From assembly GCF_004010195.1 (NCBI RefSeq), contig NC_057717.1:102588572-102652571 (forward strand): a stretch of DNA of 64,000 bases, read 5' to 3'. Numbering within the stretch: the first letter of the stretch is position 1; every line of letters starts with the position of its first letter. Positions 37,506 through 50,245 of this stretch are shown piece by piece. The notes under the pieces were generated by a model. It saw only the letters and a list, made by a program, of their open reading frames with translations. It did no database searches and was not told the DNA's origin. The position numbers and the translations under genes were made by a program. This DNA is from Chiloscyllium plagiosum (Eukaryota).

Positions 37506-39719
37506 ACCTGGGTGAGGGGTTTGACAAGTTAACCCATTAGTGGCAGGCTGTTGGATGCCCACCCTTCTCCTCAGGACATGGGTAGCGGCATAGAAGCTCA
37601 GAGCAGCAGTAGGCCATTAAGCCCTTCAAGCCTGCTGCGCCATTCAGTGTGATCCTGGCTGATCCTGTATCTCAGTGCCATGCTTTCCTTCCGTACCCTA
37701 TGGTGTGTCGTCCAGAAGCACCCGATATCTGATCGAGAACTCAGCGGACTGGGGCGAGGGAGCCACTGAGACCCAGGCAGCCTGGCCTCGTTGCTGATCA
37801 ACTCCTCCCACCTCCACCCCCACTCTCTTTCTTGTAGAGACTGCCTCTTCTCCCCCATCCCAGTGACTCACTTGGAGCCCTCAGCCATCTTGGCTGTCAG
37901 GCAGGCGCAATACCAACAGCTGCCACTATGCCTGGTAGTGCTGGCGAGCAATGCACTCTTGGTTGGCGACTCTAATTGGCGGGATCTCCACCCCGAGGGA
38001 GGACCCACAGCTGCCCTACTCAGTGCCTGATTGGCATTTAATGGTGGTGGGGAGGGGGCGCGGAGGGGTGATCCCTTTCTTGGGAATGAGGCATTGCAGA
38101 GACCTCACCAAGTGTTCAGTCGGGTGGGCAAATCTCCACTCACACCCCTCCCTCCCCTCCTTACTCTCCAAGGCAGTCCCCTTTACTGGTCTGCGTGGGG
38201 AGATTTGGTTAGCCCCACGGGGGAGATTATGACACCCGAGGTGGTCAGGTGGCCAACCACCCCATAGGAATCCTTCCTTCCCCTCATGTCCTCCATCCAG
38301 GGGAAGGTGGAAATGCCAACTTGGTGTGGGGCAGAGGGGAGTGTACCATCATCGGACCTTGCCGCCATTTCATTGTGTCTCTCAGGGACGCAGTGGGGTG
38401 ACCTTTCGCATTGGGGCAATGTGCCCCCTCCCCTGTGGGGGTCATCGCCATGGAGCACACAGTGCAACCCACCCCCACTCACCCACCCAACACGAGATCT
38501 TCCAGTCAGTGCTGTTGGGGAATGTCCAACTGGACTCAGTGGCGATGAGGTTGGCGATGATTGCAGGCTGATCTGACCAATTGTGGCCTTCCGTCTGAGG
38601 TCTGCTGGGAACGGAATGGACTGGGACAAGATCAGAGCTGCAGCCTGGCTCCAATGGCACCCTGGGGGAGGACGGGAGGGAGGGGGGCCTGGGGAGGAGG
38701 GGAGGGGAGGGGGCCTGGGAGGAGGGAGTGGGCCTGGGAAGGANNNNNNNNNNNNNNNNNNNNNNNNNNNNNNNNNNNNNNNNNNNNNNNNNNNNNNNNN
38801 NNNNNNNNNNNNNNNNNNNNNNNNNNNNNNNNNNNNNNNNNNNNNNNNNGGGGGGGGGGGGTGGGGATGGTGGTGATGGTTACACCTGGGGAGCAGCCTA
38901 GTTAATATTCCCATTTATTACCAGTCCTCCCTTCGGTTGCTTCAGGGCTGCAGGTGGTGATCCTCAGCACGTGAACAGAAACATAGCTCGAGGAGCAGCT
39001 CTGGCCAGTAATTCTCTCACTCTCCCCACCCCACATCCCCTCACCAGGAGCTCGGTGCAAGTGCTTCCCTCTCTCCCTTTTACAACCAGGCGATTCAGAC
39101 TGATGTTGGTCAAGGCTCCACAGTTTGAGTTGCACGTGCCCTCCCGACTCCCAAGACGTGAGTCACGACCCTTCCAATGCCGGTCGGTCAGGGCCCTGGC
39201 ATTTCCAGTGTCCTGGCTAGGTAAGCTGCCGAGGAGAAAGGAAGGCTTGCATTTACATAGTGTCTGTCATGATCTTGCAGTCCACCCACCCTCCACCTAC
39301 CCCAAAGGGCCTTACGTCCAGTGACGTGCTTTTGGCAGCAGCCCAGCTGTGACCAGCAAGACTATCGTGACCAGATCATCATCTGTTTTAGTGACTGAGG
39401 AATGTTTACTGCGCAGAACACAGGGCGCAGGGCAGGGGGAGAGTTACCTGGCTTTCCTTTCAATAGAGTGAGTTGGGACTCCCCAACGAGGGCGAAGGGG
39501 ATCTCATTTCAAGATGGCAGCCCTGCCCTCCCTCACTACAGCGAGTCAGTGAGACTTTTGATTTCTGCTGACTCGAGGAGATTTCGAAGCCCAAACCATT
39601 CCTGGAGGGCATTTAGGGATAGGTAATAAATAATGGCCTTCCCCACATACAGTCACACGGCATGGAAACAGACCCTTTGGCCCAACTCGCCCATGCCAAC
39701 CAGATTTCCCAAACTAAAC

Positions 39720-40045
39720 CAGGGTGGCACGGTGGCTCAGTGTTTAACACTGCTGCCTGACAGCACCAGGGACCCAGTTTTGATTCCGGCCTTGGATAAC
39801 TGTCTGTATGGAGTTTACACATTCTCCCCGTGTCTGAGTGGGTTTCCTCCGGGTGCTCCAGCTTCCTCCCACAGTCCAAAGATTTGCAGGTTAGGGTGGA
39901 TTGACCATGCTAAATTGCCCGTAGTGTTTGGTGCATTAGTCAGAGGGAAATTGGACTGGGTGGGTTACTCTTTGAATGGTCGGTGTGGACTTGTTGGGCT
40001 GAAGGGCCTGTTTCCATATTTAGGGCATCTAATCTAATCTCATCT
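39720..40045 (+). mobile_element. HE1-like SINE nested in an antisense CR1 3' end (about 39650-40330)
   Basis: Full SINE; CR1 UTR resumes on both sides. Confidence 0.82.
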
Positions 40046-42571
40046 AATTATCCCCTCCTGCCTGTGTTTGGCTCATATCTCTCTTAAACCCTTCCTGTCC
40101 ATGTCCCAGAGCAATGTCTTTAAAATGTCGTAAGTGTACCTGCATCTACCACTTCCTCTGGCAGTTCATTCCACACACAAACTGCCCTCTGTGTGCAAAA
40201 GTTGCCCCTCAGACCTTTTTGAAATCTTTCTCCTCTCACCTTAAACCTATGCCATCTTATTTTGAAGTCACCTTCCCCAGGATAAGGCCATTCACCTTAT
40301 CTATGCCCCTGATGTTTTTATAAACCTCTCGAAGTCCTGTGACCGAATAAATTAAAACTGTTATGAGAAACTGTAGCTTCTGTCTGCTGGTGCTGATAGT
40401 TCACATGCATGTTCCGAGTTGTATTTTGCAATTCAAATTCACTGCATAAACAAATTATCTTTCCCTTCACTTTCTTTGTTTGTCTGATGAATGCCAAACA
40501 GCATCGTGATGATAAACTCTGAAGGAAGACTAGTTTAATGGGGTTAGGGCATATTTCCTGTGTCTTGCAATTCCATAAAAGGAAGATTATTTCAAAAATA
40601 TGCAGCTTTGCTATTGGTCCCTGTCATTGGATGCACTGTTCTGACAATACGTTCTGACTAAAATTGCTGCTGTTCTCATAGAATCCCGACAGTGTGGAAA
40701 CAGGCCCTTCGGCCCAACAAGTCCACACCGATCCTCCAAAGAGTAATCAACCCAGACCCATTCCCCTACATTTACCCTTGACTAATGCACCTAACCTACA
40801 CATCCCTGAGCACTACAGGCAATTTCCCATTACCAATTCACCTGACCTGTACATCTTTGAAGTGTGGGAGGAAACCGGAGCAGAGGGTGGTACGTGTATG
40901 GAATGAGCTGCCAGAGGAAGTGGTGGAGGCTGGTACAATTACACAAGCCATTCCTTGGCCCATCTTCCAGGTAATCCTCCAATCAGTTGGAAAGGTCCTT
41001 TGTCTGCCAAACTGGATTAACCTTGACCATTGCGGTTTCCAATTTCTCCACCAACTCATCAAAGTTCATTCATCAGGTTGCTGAACATTCAACTTAGTTC
41101 CTTTATTTTTGCTAGTTTAGATTGAGATTGACTTTAGTTTTAACAAATACCTTGTTTCCACTTAATCTATGAAAGTGTTGCTTAACCTTTTCAGTTCTCT
41201 TACAATTTTATACCTAGGTGTTTTGTACCTCGGAACCCTTGTATCTAATCTGGTGCCGTGTCTGGTGCATTTAAAAGGCATCTGGATGGGTATATGAAGA
41301 GGAAGGGTTTAGAGGGATATGGGACAAGTGCCTAGAAATGGAAGTCGTCATTAATTTGGGATATCTGGCCGGCATGGATGGGTTGGACTGAACAGTCTGT
41401 TTCTGTGTTTTACAGCTCTCTGCCTTTGAGTGTTGTACTCTTCAAGTCTTGTGTCTGAAATTCCATCCCCAGCACAAAGGTTGCTCTTCAACCTCCCCGT
41501 CTGACTAATCAATAGTGCACCCCACCCGATGGCTTGGTCAGTGTCTCACTTTCATCCTGATTAATGTTCCTATACCCTCTTGTTGTTTAAACATGGTTTG
41601 CTATGTTAACATTGGCTGATGATGTTATTGACAGCCAGACATCATCGCCCAGCCATGCCCCAGCTGGAAACAGTGGAGTTTTTCATTTGTTCATTTTATC
41701 ACCAGCTCCTACTTTCATGGGGTCTTTAAAACGAGGATATATTTCCCATGGAAGTCTGACTTCGATAATCTTTCCACTGGTTGAAAGGTTTCCAATGTCC
41801 TCTTGGTGAAGTGCTTTCCGAAGGGCAGTGACTGTGTTGGGTGCAAAAACAAAGTTGATAAGATCTGTCCGGAAAACGGAGCTAAAAAGCACTCGCCCTG
41901 TTTGGCTTCATTGATCAAAGGTGCAAAGGTAATGGGCTCGGGGATGTGAAAGCTGGTTTCTGTCTCTTTGTTCCTCTCAAGTTTGCGAATACCTCACCTG
42001 TTTGGGCTCGTTTCCTGCCTTCCTCGTTTGTTCCATCTATTTCGTCGACATGCTGGCTTTCTGACACAAAGCCTGTAGTGGTTATGTGTCTGTCTGTCTG
42101 TGCAGGACTATCTCTCTCTCTCTCTCTCTCTACATCACCCCACCCTGGTTCTGTTTGGCAAGTTACCACCCCAGCACCACTCGAAAAAGAGCTGGTCAGC
42201 CAGACTCAGCCTCCTTTTGTTTTGCTACTTTTCCCTCAGACTAATGGGTCAGGATGGTAGCGTTTGCCTGTGGAATTTGTACATCTGGTCATTGTTGCTT
42301 CAACGGCAACCTGTAGAAGTGGCTGTAAAGCATCTTGTGACATGCCAAGGCTGTGAAAGTTGCTATGTAAATGCAACTTTCTTTGTCTTAATTCTTTCCT
42401 TCCTCGTTGATTGTTTAGCTCAAGTAACGATTGGGCAAGTTCTGTTTGAGGTAATATCAAGATTGGGATAAAGAGCTGGTTAGGTCGGAATTTGCGTGAA
42501 GAGTTGTATTTACTCTCCCTGAGGATCACTCCTTTTGTTCCTGGTGTTGTTGAGTGCTAACACGGTTCCTT

Positions 42572-42885
42572 ATAGAATCTCTACAGTGTGACAGCAGGCC
42601 ATTCAGCCCATCGAGTCCACACTGACCCTTTGAAGAGCTTTTCAACCGACCCACCCTACATTTCCCATGGCTAATCCACTAGCCTGCACATCCTAGTACA
42701 CTAAGGACAATATAGCAGGGACGATCCAACTAGCTTACATTTCTTTGGACTGTGGGAGGAAACTGGAGCACCCAAAAGGAAACCTACACAGACACAGGGA
42801 GAATGTGGAAACTCTATACAGAAGTTACCCGAGGCTGGATTCGAACCTTGGTCCCTGGCTCTGTGAGACAGTACTGGAACTGCCA
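42572..42885 (-). mobile_element. HE1-like SINE
   Basis: Antisense copy. Confidence 0.8.
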
Positions 42886-42899
42886 TGTTGGACAGCTCT

Positions 42900-43135
42900 C
42901 GAGAACAAAAAAACATAGATCTGTTGATGCTGAAGATCAGAAACAACAAAGACATTGCTGGAGAAACTCAGCAGGTCTGACAGCATCTGTGGAGAGAGAT
43001 GCAGAATTAACATTTCAGCTCCTTTTTCAGAACGCCACTTCTGATGAACAGTAACAGGACTGGAAGCATTAACTCTGCTTTATCTCTCCACGGAAACTGA
43101 CAGACCTGCTGAGCTTTCCCAGCAATTTTGGTTTG
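42900..43135. mobile_element. Palindromic family-C Penelope-like mini-element
   Basis: gctggagaaactcagcaggtctgacagcatctgtggagaga / tctctccacggaaactgacagacctgctgagctttcccagc; central ctgatga. Confidence 0.68.
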
Positions 43136-43902
43136 TGGGCAGCTCCAGGCAGCTCAGATTCTTGGGTACTCGCATTCACTCCTTGCTTTTTGTCAAAACA
43201 GTTTGAAACCCCTTCCCCCTCATCAGTACAATCGCTGATAAAGACCAAAAATTAACATACAAGTCAAAAACTCTTTTAATGTTGTTTTCTTTCTCGATGT
43301 TGCAAATAGCTCACCTGTTTGGGCTCGTTTCCTCCCTCCTTTTGATTGTTCTGTTTCACTTTACTTTGATTCTTGTCAAAAAATAATAAATTGGTGTTTA
43401 GCTGAAGCTGAAAGGGATAGTTCTTTACCGTGTATCCACCCAGGACTTCCCTTCCCTTTCCTGCTTTAAGTTGCAAGTTCCCCTCCCAGCCACTCACCAG
43501 CCTGACTTGGAAACCTATCGCCGTTCCTTCAGTGTCCCTGGGTCAAAATCCTGGTACTCCCTCCCTTAATAGCACTCTGGGTGTCCCTACACCACACGGA
43601 TTCAAGAGGGTGGTCACCAACACCTTCTCCAGGGTGATAAGGGGCGCCAATAAATGCTGGCCCTATCAGCGATTGTTCACAAACGGGGAGCAAATAAATA
43701 AATAAGGATTTGAGTGTCCCTTCTCTCGACACAGTTGGTAACGAGAGTGTCTTGATGACACTGTACAAATCCCGGACTACGTTCCATGACTAGGCAGGAG
43801 GACGGAGTACGCAGCCCACTTGGTTGGCACGCTATCCAGTTCATTAAAGATCCACTCACTGGCCTATTGGCATGCCATGGCAGCAGTGGGTGTTGTCAAG
43901 AG

Positions 43903-44110
43903 GCGGGTCACTTAGCTCAGTTGGCTGGATTGCAGCTTTGGGATGCAGAGTAATGCCAACAACGTGGGTTCAATTCCCATCACCAGCTGAGGTTATCCTG
44001 AGGGACTCTCCATCTCAACCTCTCGCCTGAGGATTGGTGACCCTCAGGTTAAACCGCTACCTGATGTCTCTCTCTAATCCTCTGGGACAATGGTGACTTT
44101 ACCGTGCCTT
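43903..44110 (+). mobile_element. tRNA-derived SINE of a third family
   Basis: tagctcagttgg (A box) ... gtgggttcaattccc (B box), body cctgaggattggtgaccctcagg, tail gactttac. Confidence 0.6.
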
Positions 44111-44181
44111 TACTGTCTCAGGGATGCACTGCAAGCTCTTCAGTAAGACATTGATCCAACACCTTCCTCATTCCCTGATCA

Positions 44182-44515
44182 AGGGCAGCACTGTGGCTTA
44201 GTGTTTAGCACTGCTGTCTCACAGCAGTAGGGAACCGGGTTTGATTGCAGCCTTGGTGACTGTCTGAGTGGATTGACTGTGTGTGGGTTTCCTCCTGGTG
44301 CTCTGGTTCACTTCTCCAGTCCAAAGATGTGCAGGTTAGGTGTATTGGCCATGCTAAATTGCCCGTGGTGTTCAGGGATGTGCAGGTTAGGCGGATTAGC
44401 CATGGGAAATGCAGGGATATGGTACGGGGAATGGGTCTGGGTGGGATCTTCTTCAGAGGGTTGGTGTAACTCGATAGGTCAAATGGCCTGCTTTCCACAC
44501 CTGAGGGATTCTACG
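44182..44515 (+). mobile_element. HE1-like SINE
   Basis: Sense copy. Confidence 0.82.
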
Positions 44516-45511
44516 ATCTCTCCCATGTAGAAGGGAATGGGCGTCAGATCTATGGGAAGATCACCCCCTGCAAGTCCGAGACTCTCACCAACCTGATTTG
44601 GAAATAAATCGCTGTTGTTTCACTGTCAACGATTCTAAATGCACCCCTGCCAACAGCACTATGGGTGTAACTACATCCGTGGTTCAAGAAGGCAGCTCCC
44701 TGCCACCTTCTCCAGGGGTATAGGTGGATGGACAGCAAATGCTAGGTCTAGCCAGCAACACCCACATCCTGTAGCACAGTAAATAAAGCCTTGGTGTGGC
44801 ACTGAAACGGAAAGGGGTCGTTCTTTCACAAGTAGCTGCCCAGGAGCTCCCTTCCCTTTTTAAGTGATGAAAAATATTTGCCTGGAAGTGCCACAGTGCA
44901 TTAATAATTGTGCAGATGAAAGGACCCAGTTCCATCTGACTGACTAGCCTCATTTCAGCGGATGAAGATTGCTCGGCGTTGGCTTGTTTCCAGGTTTTCA
45001 ATGGGCTCCAGCTACAGTTCGCCAAGAAGTTTCAGCGACTGAATTTGTCCCCCTGAGACATTAATCTAGATGTCAATTAAAGCACACAAAGTTATTAAGA
45101 AAGCTGCTGTTCTGATCCCGATTACGAATTAGGTGTTTTTCTTTCAGGACTGGAGGAGGACTGAACAATGAGAGCATGGTAGACAGATGACTCATTGCCA
45201 CCATGTGGAAACCAATTCACCTCTGTGCCCTGTCTAGAGGCACTGGCTGCAGGCTAGACAATTCTTCCAACTCCCTCCTCCCTCTTTGTAACACCCTCCC
45301 AAATCTGTCCTTGGAGCCGATACAGTGAATGCTAATAGACCAACTAGGGGGATTGCGTCTGAGCTTAACATCGTCTTACAATGCTCGTTTTCCAGCAAGG
45401 ATTACTGATAGCGACTCAGAGCAGGAGTTCTGCTTGCATATTCTTTCTCAACAAAGGGCTTCAACGTGTGGGATAAATGGGTGGGATTTAATGTGGGCAA
45501 TGTGGTCCTCA

Positions 45512-45638
45512 AGGGGAAAGTGAGGACTGCAGATGCTGGAGATCAGAGCTGAAAATGTGTTGCTGGAAAAATGCAGCAGGTCAGGCAGCATCCAAGGAGC
45601 AGGAGAATCGACGTTTCGGACAGGAGCCCTTCTTCAGG
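45512..45638 (-). mobile_element. Family-A Penelope pLTR with intact hammerhead core
   Basis: rc reads CTGAAGA-AGGGC-TCCT-GTCC-GAAAC-GTC; GGTCCTCA direct repeat at 45504 and 45639. Confidence 0.75.
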
Positions 45639-45759
45639 GGTCCTCACCCAATCTAATGGAGAAATGCTGAAAACAGTGTCACTTCTGTGGGGAGGGGATT
45701 GGGGGAGCTGTAACAGAACTAATGTAAATCTGGAACATTGCTCAGGTATGTCATACACA

Positions 45760-46915
45760 GAAAAAGTAGGACAAATCCAACCCAGCCAACTACCAACTCA
45801 TCAGTCTACTATCTGTCATCAGTAAAGTGATGGAAGGTGTCAGTAACAGTGCTATAAGTGACATTATGTTTAGGTTCCAACAGGGCCACTCAGCTCCTGA
45901 CCTCATTACAGCATTAGCTCAAATATGGACAAAAGAGCTGAATTCCAGAGGGGAGGAGAGAGGGATAGCCCTTGACATCAAGGCTGCATTCAACCGAGTG
46001 TGACATCAAGGAGCCCTGGTAAAACTGAAATCAATGGGCATTCAGGGGTCAAACTCTGCAGTGGTTAGAGTCTCATCTGATATATAGGAAGGTGATTGCA
46101 ATTGTTGGAGGTCGGTCATCTCCGCTCCAGGACATCTCTGCAGTAGTTCCTCAGGGTAGCATCCTCGGCCCAACCATCTTCAGCTGCTTCAGCAAAGACC
46201 TTCCCTCCATCATAAGGTTAGAAGTGAGGATGCTCGCCGATGATTGCGCAATGTTCACAACCATTCGCAACTCATGAAGCAGCCCATGTTCAAATGCAGG
46301 CTAATATCCAGGCTTGACCTGACAAGTGGCAAGTAACGTTCATGCCACACAAATTCCAGGCAATGACCATCTCAGATAAGAGTGACACTAAAGCCCTCCT
46401 GTAAACATTCAACATCTAGGTTTATCATTACTGAATTCCCGAATACCAACATCACAGGCCAGAAACTGAACTGGACTGGTCATATAAATACAGCGGCTGC
46501 AAGAGCTGGGTTAGAGGCTAGGAGTACTGCAGCGAATAACTCACTTCATGACTCCCCAAAGCCTGTCCACCATCAATGAGGTACAGTCAGGAGTGTGATG
46601 AAATACTCCCCACTTGCCTGAATCGGGGGGGGGGCAGCTCCAGCAACACTCAAGAAGCTTGACATCATCCAGGACAAAGCAACCTGCTGGATTGGCACCA
46701 CATCTACAAACATTCACTCCCTCCACCACCTATGCACTGAGACAGCAGTGTGCACCATCCACACAATACATTGTGGTTACTTGGACAGCATCTTGCAAGT
46801 CTGCGACCGCTTCCATCTAGACGGACAAGGGCAGCAGATTCCATGGGAAAACCACCCTCTGAAAGTTCCTCTCCAAGCCACAACTATCCTTGACTTGGAA
46901 ATACATTGTCATTCC
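45760..46915 (+). pseudogene. Decayed non-LTR retrotransposon reverse transcriptase (CR1/L2 group, distinct from HER1) plus 3' UTR
   Basis: ISLLS..SKVME, ALDIKAAF, VPQGSILGPTIF, LADD motifs interrupted by stops and frameshifts. Confidence 0.85.
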
Positions 46916-46964
46916 TGAAGGAGATGGCATTTCTCCCACCAGCAACCCTTTCGTCTGTTGCTGT

Positions 46965-47320
46965 CACTCCATCTCTCACTCTGCCTGTCTCTCTGTCTGT
47001 CTTTCTTTGTCATTCTCTGTCTGATGCTCTCTCTCTCTCTGTCTCTTCCGTTCTTACTGTCTTTCCATCTCTCTCACTACTTGTCTCTCTCCTCTCTCTC
47101 TTTCTTCCTCTCAGGCACTGTCAGCTGCTCTCTGTCTCTGTTAGTCACTGCATCTGATTCGCATTCCCTCTTCGTATGTCACATTCTGTCTGTCTTTCAT
47201 CAAACTCTCTCTGTCAGTTGTGCTTCCTTTTCTCTGTCCCTGCTTGTTGCTTGTTCTCTCTCACTATCGCTTCCCCTTGTCACTTTCTGTCTCTGTTTGT
47301 TATTCTCGCTTGTCCCTCTG
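46965..47320. repeat. Degenerate CT/CTGT-rich low-complexity tract
   Basis: Directly visible. Confidence 0.85.
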
Positions 47321-47617
47321 ACCAACGTGTAAGAGATCAACCTTGAGAACATTTTGAACTTGGCAGCTAGACCGTCAGTGTTAGCGTAATTACCCTGGTA
47401 CCTAGCGTTCACCCCATCCTAAATCTTAACCGCTGAGCTATGGAGAGACTGGATGTGTTAATTATGTGATGTTTCTTTGTGCAAACACTGACCGAACACT
47501 CTCCATATTGATCGTCTCATGAAAACTCTCAGACATGTTTAGTCTAGCTTGCTGTTATTAAACACTGACTGTGTTAGGGGTAGCCTGACCTGATGGACTG
47601 AGATAACCTGATGTACC

Positions 47618-47748
47618 TGGGAGAAAGTGAGGACTGCAGATGCTGGAGATCAGAGTCGAGAGTGTGGTGCTGGAAAAGCACAACAGATCAAGGCAGCATC
47701 CGAGGAGCAGGAGAATCGACGTTTCAGGCATAAGCTCTTCATCAGCAA
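47618..47748 (-). mobile_element. Family-A Penelope pLTR
   Basis: gagaaagtgaggactgcagatgctggag...cgacgtttcaggcataagctcttcatcag. Confidence 0.75.
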
Positions 47749-47897
47749 TGCCAATGCTAATGCCAGCACACCTAAGTCAGGTTGAACCCAAAAGAGATCT
47801 CGATTGCAAAGGCCATTTGATGTTATTCTGCCCTCCTTCCATACCTCTGGTGACAAGCTCTCAGGTGTGTATGGTCTCCTGCGATTAAATGACAGAC

Positions 47898-48390
47898 GTT
47901 GATTTGATTTATTATTGTCACATGTACCTCGGTACAGTGAAAAGTTTTGTTTTGCGTGCAGTGCAGGCAGATCATACCATACAAAGTGCGTAAGAATAAC
48001 AGAACAGAGCGAGGAATGCAATGTTACAACTGCAGAGAAGGGGCACAAAGAGTTAGATCACCATTAAATTTAAAATTTCAGAGGTCCACTCAGAAGTGGG
48101 GTAGAAGCTGTTCATGAACCTGCTGGTCTGTGCGTTTAGCTTCTATACCTTCCACCTGACGGGAGAGGTTGGCAGAGAGTATAACCGGGGTGGGGGGAGG
48201 GTGTCTGTGAAGGTGTTGGCTGCCTTCCCGAGGCAGTGGGAAGTGTAGTTGGAGTCAATGGATGGGAGGCTGGTTTGTGTGATGGACTGGGCTGTGTTCA
48301 CAAGTCTCTGTAGTTTCTTACGGCCCAGAGCAGAGCAGGTGCTGTACCAAGCTGTGATGCTTCCAGACAGGATGCTTACTATTGATTGCA
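47898..48390 (-). mobile_element. Rex1/Babar-like (L2-related) LINE 3' fragment
   Basis: SILSGSITAWYSTCSALGRKKLQRLVNTAQSITQTSLPSIDSNYTSHCLGKAA; (aaatc)n tail. Confidence 0.75.
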
Positions 48391-48699
48391 CATGAGATGT
48401 CTGGTGGAGATGCCTGGCATCCATTCCCAATGCCAACTTTCACTCACAGTGGCTTGACACATGGAGTAGGCAGTGGTACATCATGGGAGAGGGCAGCAGA
48501 TCAATCACCCTTTTGTGCCATCTTCTGCAGCTGGATTCTTTCAAGGGGCCCTTCACCCCCGCAGCCTGCAATGGCATGTTTAGGGATAAGAACTTCCCTT
48601 TTTGCGCATCCTTCAGGAGAACATCTAAGGGAGGGATTGTGTGAGAATGTGATATCACTTTTTTTAACCAAGATTGTGGCATCTCTGGTGATTTTGTTT

Positions 48700-49028
48700 C
48701 TCTCCATTCATGAGGTGAGGGCGTCACTGGCTAGGCCAGCATTTATTGCCCATCCCAGAGGGTAAGTGAGAGTTAACCACATTGCTGTGGGTCTAGAGTC
48801 ACATGTAGGCCAGACCGGGTAAAGATGGCAGTTTCCTTCCCTAAAGGACATTAGTGACCCAGATGGGCTTTGCAACAATCAACAATGGATTCAACAATTA
48901 ATTCCAGATATTTATTGAATCAAATTCCACCATCTGCCGTGGCAGGATTTGAACCTGGGTCCCCAGAACATTACCTGGGTCTCCAGGTTAAGCGTCTAGT
49001 GATAATACCACTAAGCCATTGCCTCCCC
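48700..49028 (-). mobile_element. tRNA-derived SINE, second family, full length; further copies near 4170-4340, 35510-35830, 55600-56395 and 56680-56840
   Basis: rc head ggggaggcaatggcttagtggtatta...ggttcaaatcc; tail gatgggcaataaatgctggcctagccag. Confidence 0.72.
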
Positions 49029-49957
49029 TAAAGGGGCATTAGTGAATCCAATGGGTTTTTCTGACAATGGTAATCCCAGACTTTGTTCATTGGGTTCAAA
49101 TTCCACCATGTTGAGAGATTCGAACCAGGGACATTACCTGGGTCGCTGGATGAGCCACTCGGCCATTGTCTCCTCAACGCTGGGTTGTGGGTTGGGGTGG
49201 GTGGGTGGTGAGATGGTGTTGGTGAGTGACGCTGCTGGGTTGCACTGAGTGAGGTGCTCTCTCTTGAACGTGGTGCTCAGTCCCGAAGGTCCCAGTGAGT
49301 TTCCAACCTCTCTCCCTGTAACACTTGGGGAGGGTGGGCTTCTCCCTACATGGGTAACAAGCTGAGAAAAGTGTATTTGAATGAGAAGACCCAACCTGCA
49401 TTACCTCCACCCCCACCCCGCCCCAGAGAGGGGATTCTTTCCACATTTATGCCCCACCACGTCTATACTTCGTCTCAAAGAGACCAGTGGTCGGTGCAGA
49501 TGGTTGAATGGTTTCCTGCGTTTGCAGTCCAGCTGCTGAGGAAGTTATAAGCTGTGGTCTGGGAGTGATTAATCAGATGCAGCCAGATCCCTTTGACCCA
49601 ACTTCCACCTCAGGCCTTGGAGGATGTGCACAGGGGAGAGTGTGTGGAGAGGAGGCGTGGGCAGTAACTGAGCAGGAACTGGGGTTCTCCTGGGGACCGA
49701 GGCTGGTAACCGGGGCGACGCAGGTCAGATATGATTGGAGGAGACACCCCGGATTCCATCCGGACGCAACGAGTGACCTGGAACGCATCGCCCGAGTCAA
49801 AGCCAACCCAAGAACTTTCAAGATACTCGGGAGCGAAAGGACTAACGGAGCTGGGGGTGGGGATGCCCTCAGGAGCCAGCACGGACACAACGGGCTGAGT
49901 GTGCGATATGGGAAGGTGGGTGAAGGGATGCCCTTGCAGCAGCATCAGTGTCTGGAG

Positions 49958-50245
49958 AAGCACAGTAGCTCAGTGGTTAGCACTGCTGCCTCACAGCGCC
50001 AGGGTTCAATTCCACCTTCGGGAGACAGTCTGTGTGGAGTATGCGCATCCTCCCCGTGTCTGCGTGGGTTTCCTCCCACGGTCCAAAGATGTGCAGGCTG
50101 TGTGGATTGGCCATTGCTAGATTACCCATCGTGTTTTGGTTAGCCAGGGGAAATGCAGGAATGGGGGTCTGGTTTGGGATGCTCTTTGGAGGGTCATCGA
50201 AGACTTGATGGGCCAAATGGCATGCCCCCACACTGTAGAGGTTCA
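49958..50245 (+). mobile_element. HE1-like SINE
   Basis: Sense copy. Confidence 0.82.

Noticed and set aside
22033..38914. Long ORFs of 120-316 aa spanning N-runs
   Set aside because: Artefacts of translating assembly gaps.
39235..39600. Ancient Deu-domain/L2-tailed SINE relics (also about 16960-17130, 23430-23510, 42320-42385 and 50770-50985)
   Set aside because: Suggestive tails (tgtaaagc...aaatgcaa.tttcttt) but too degenerate to delimit or name without an alignment.
49508..50143. 211-aa ORF as a novel gene
   Set aside because: Chimeric: ARVKANPRTF...LRSQHG resembles a decayed CR1 ORF2 mid-region, and the 3' third is an HE1 SINE.
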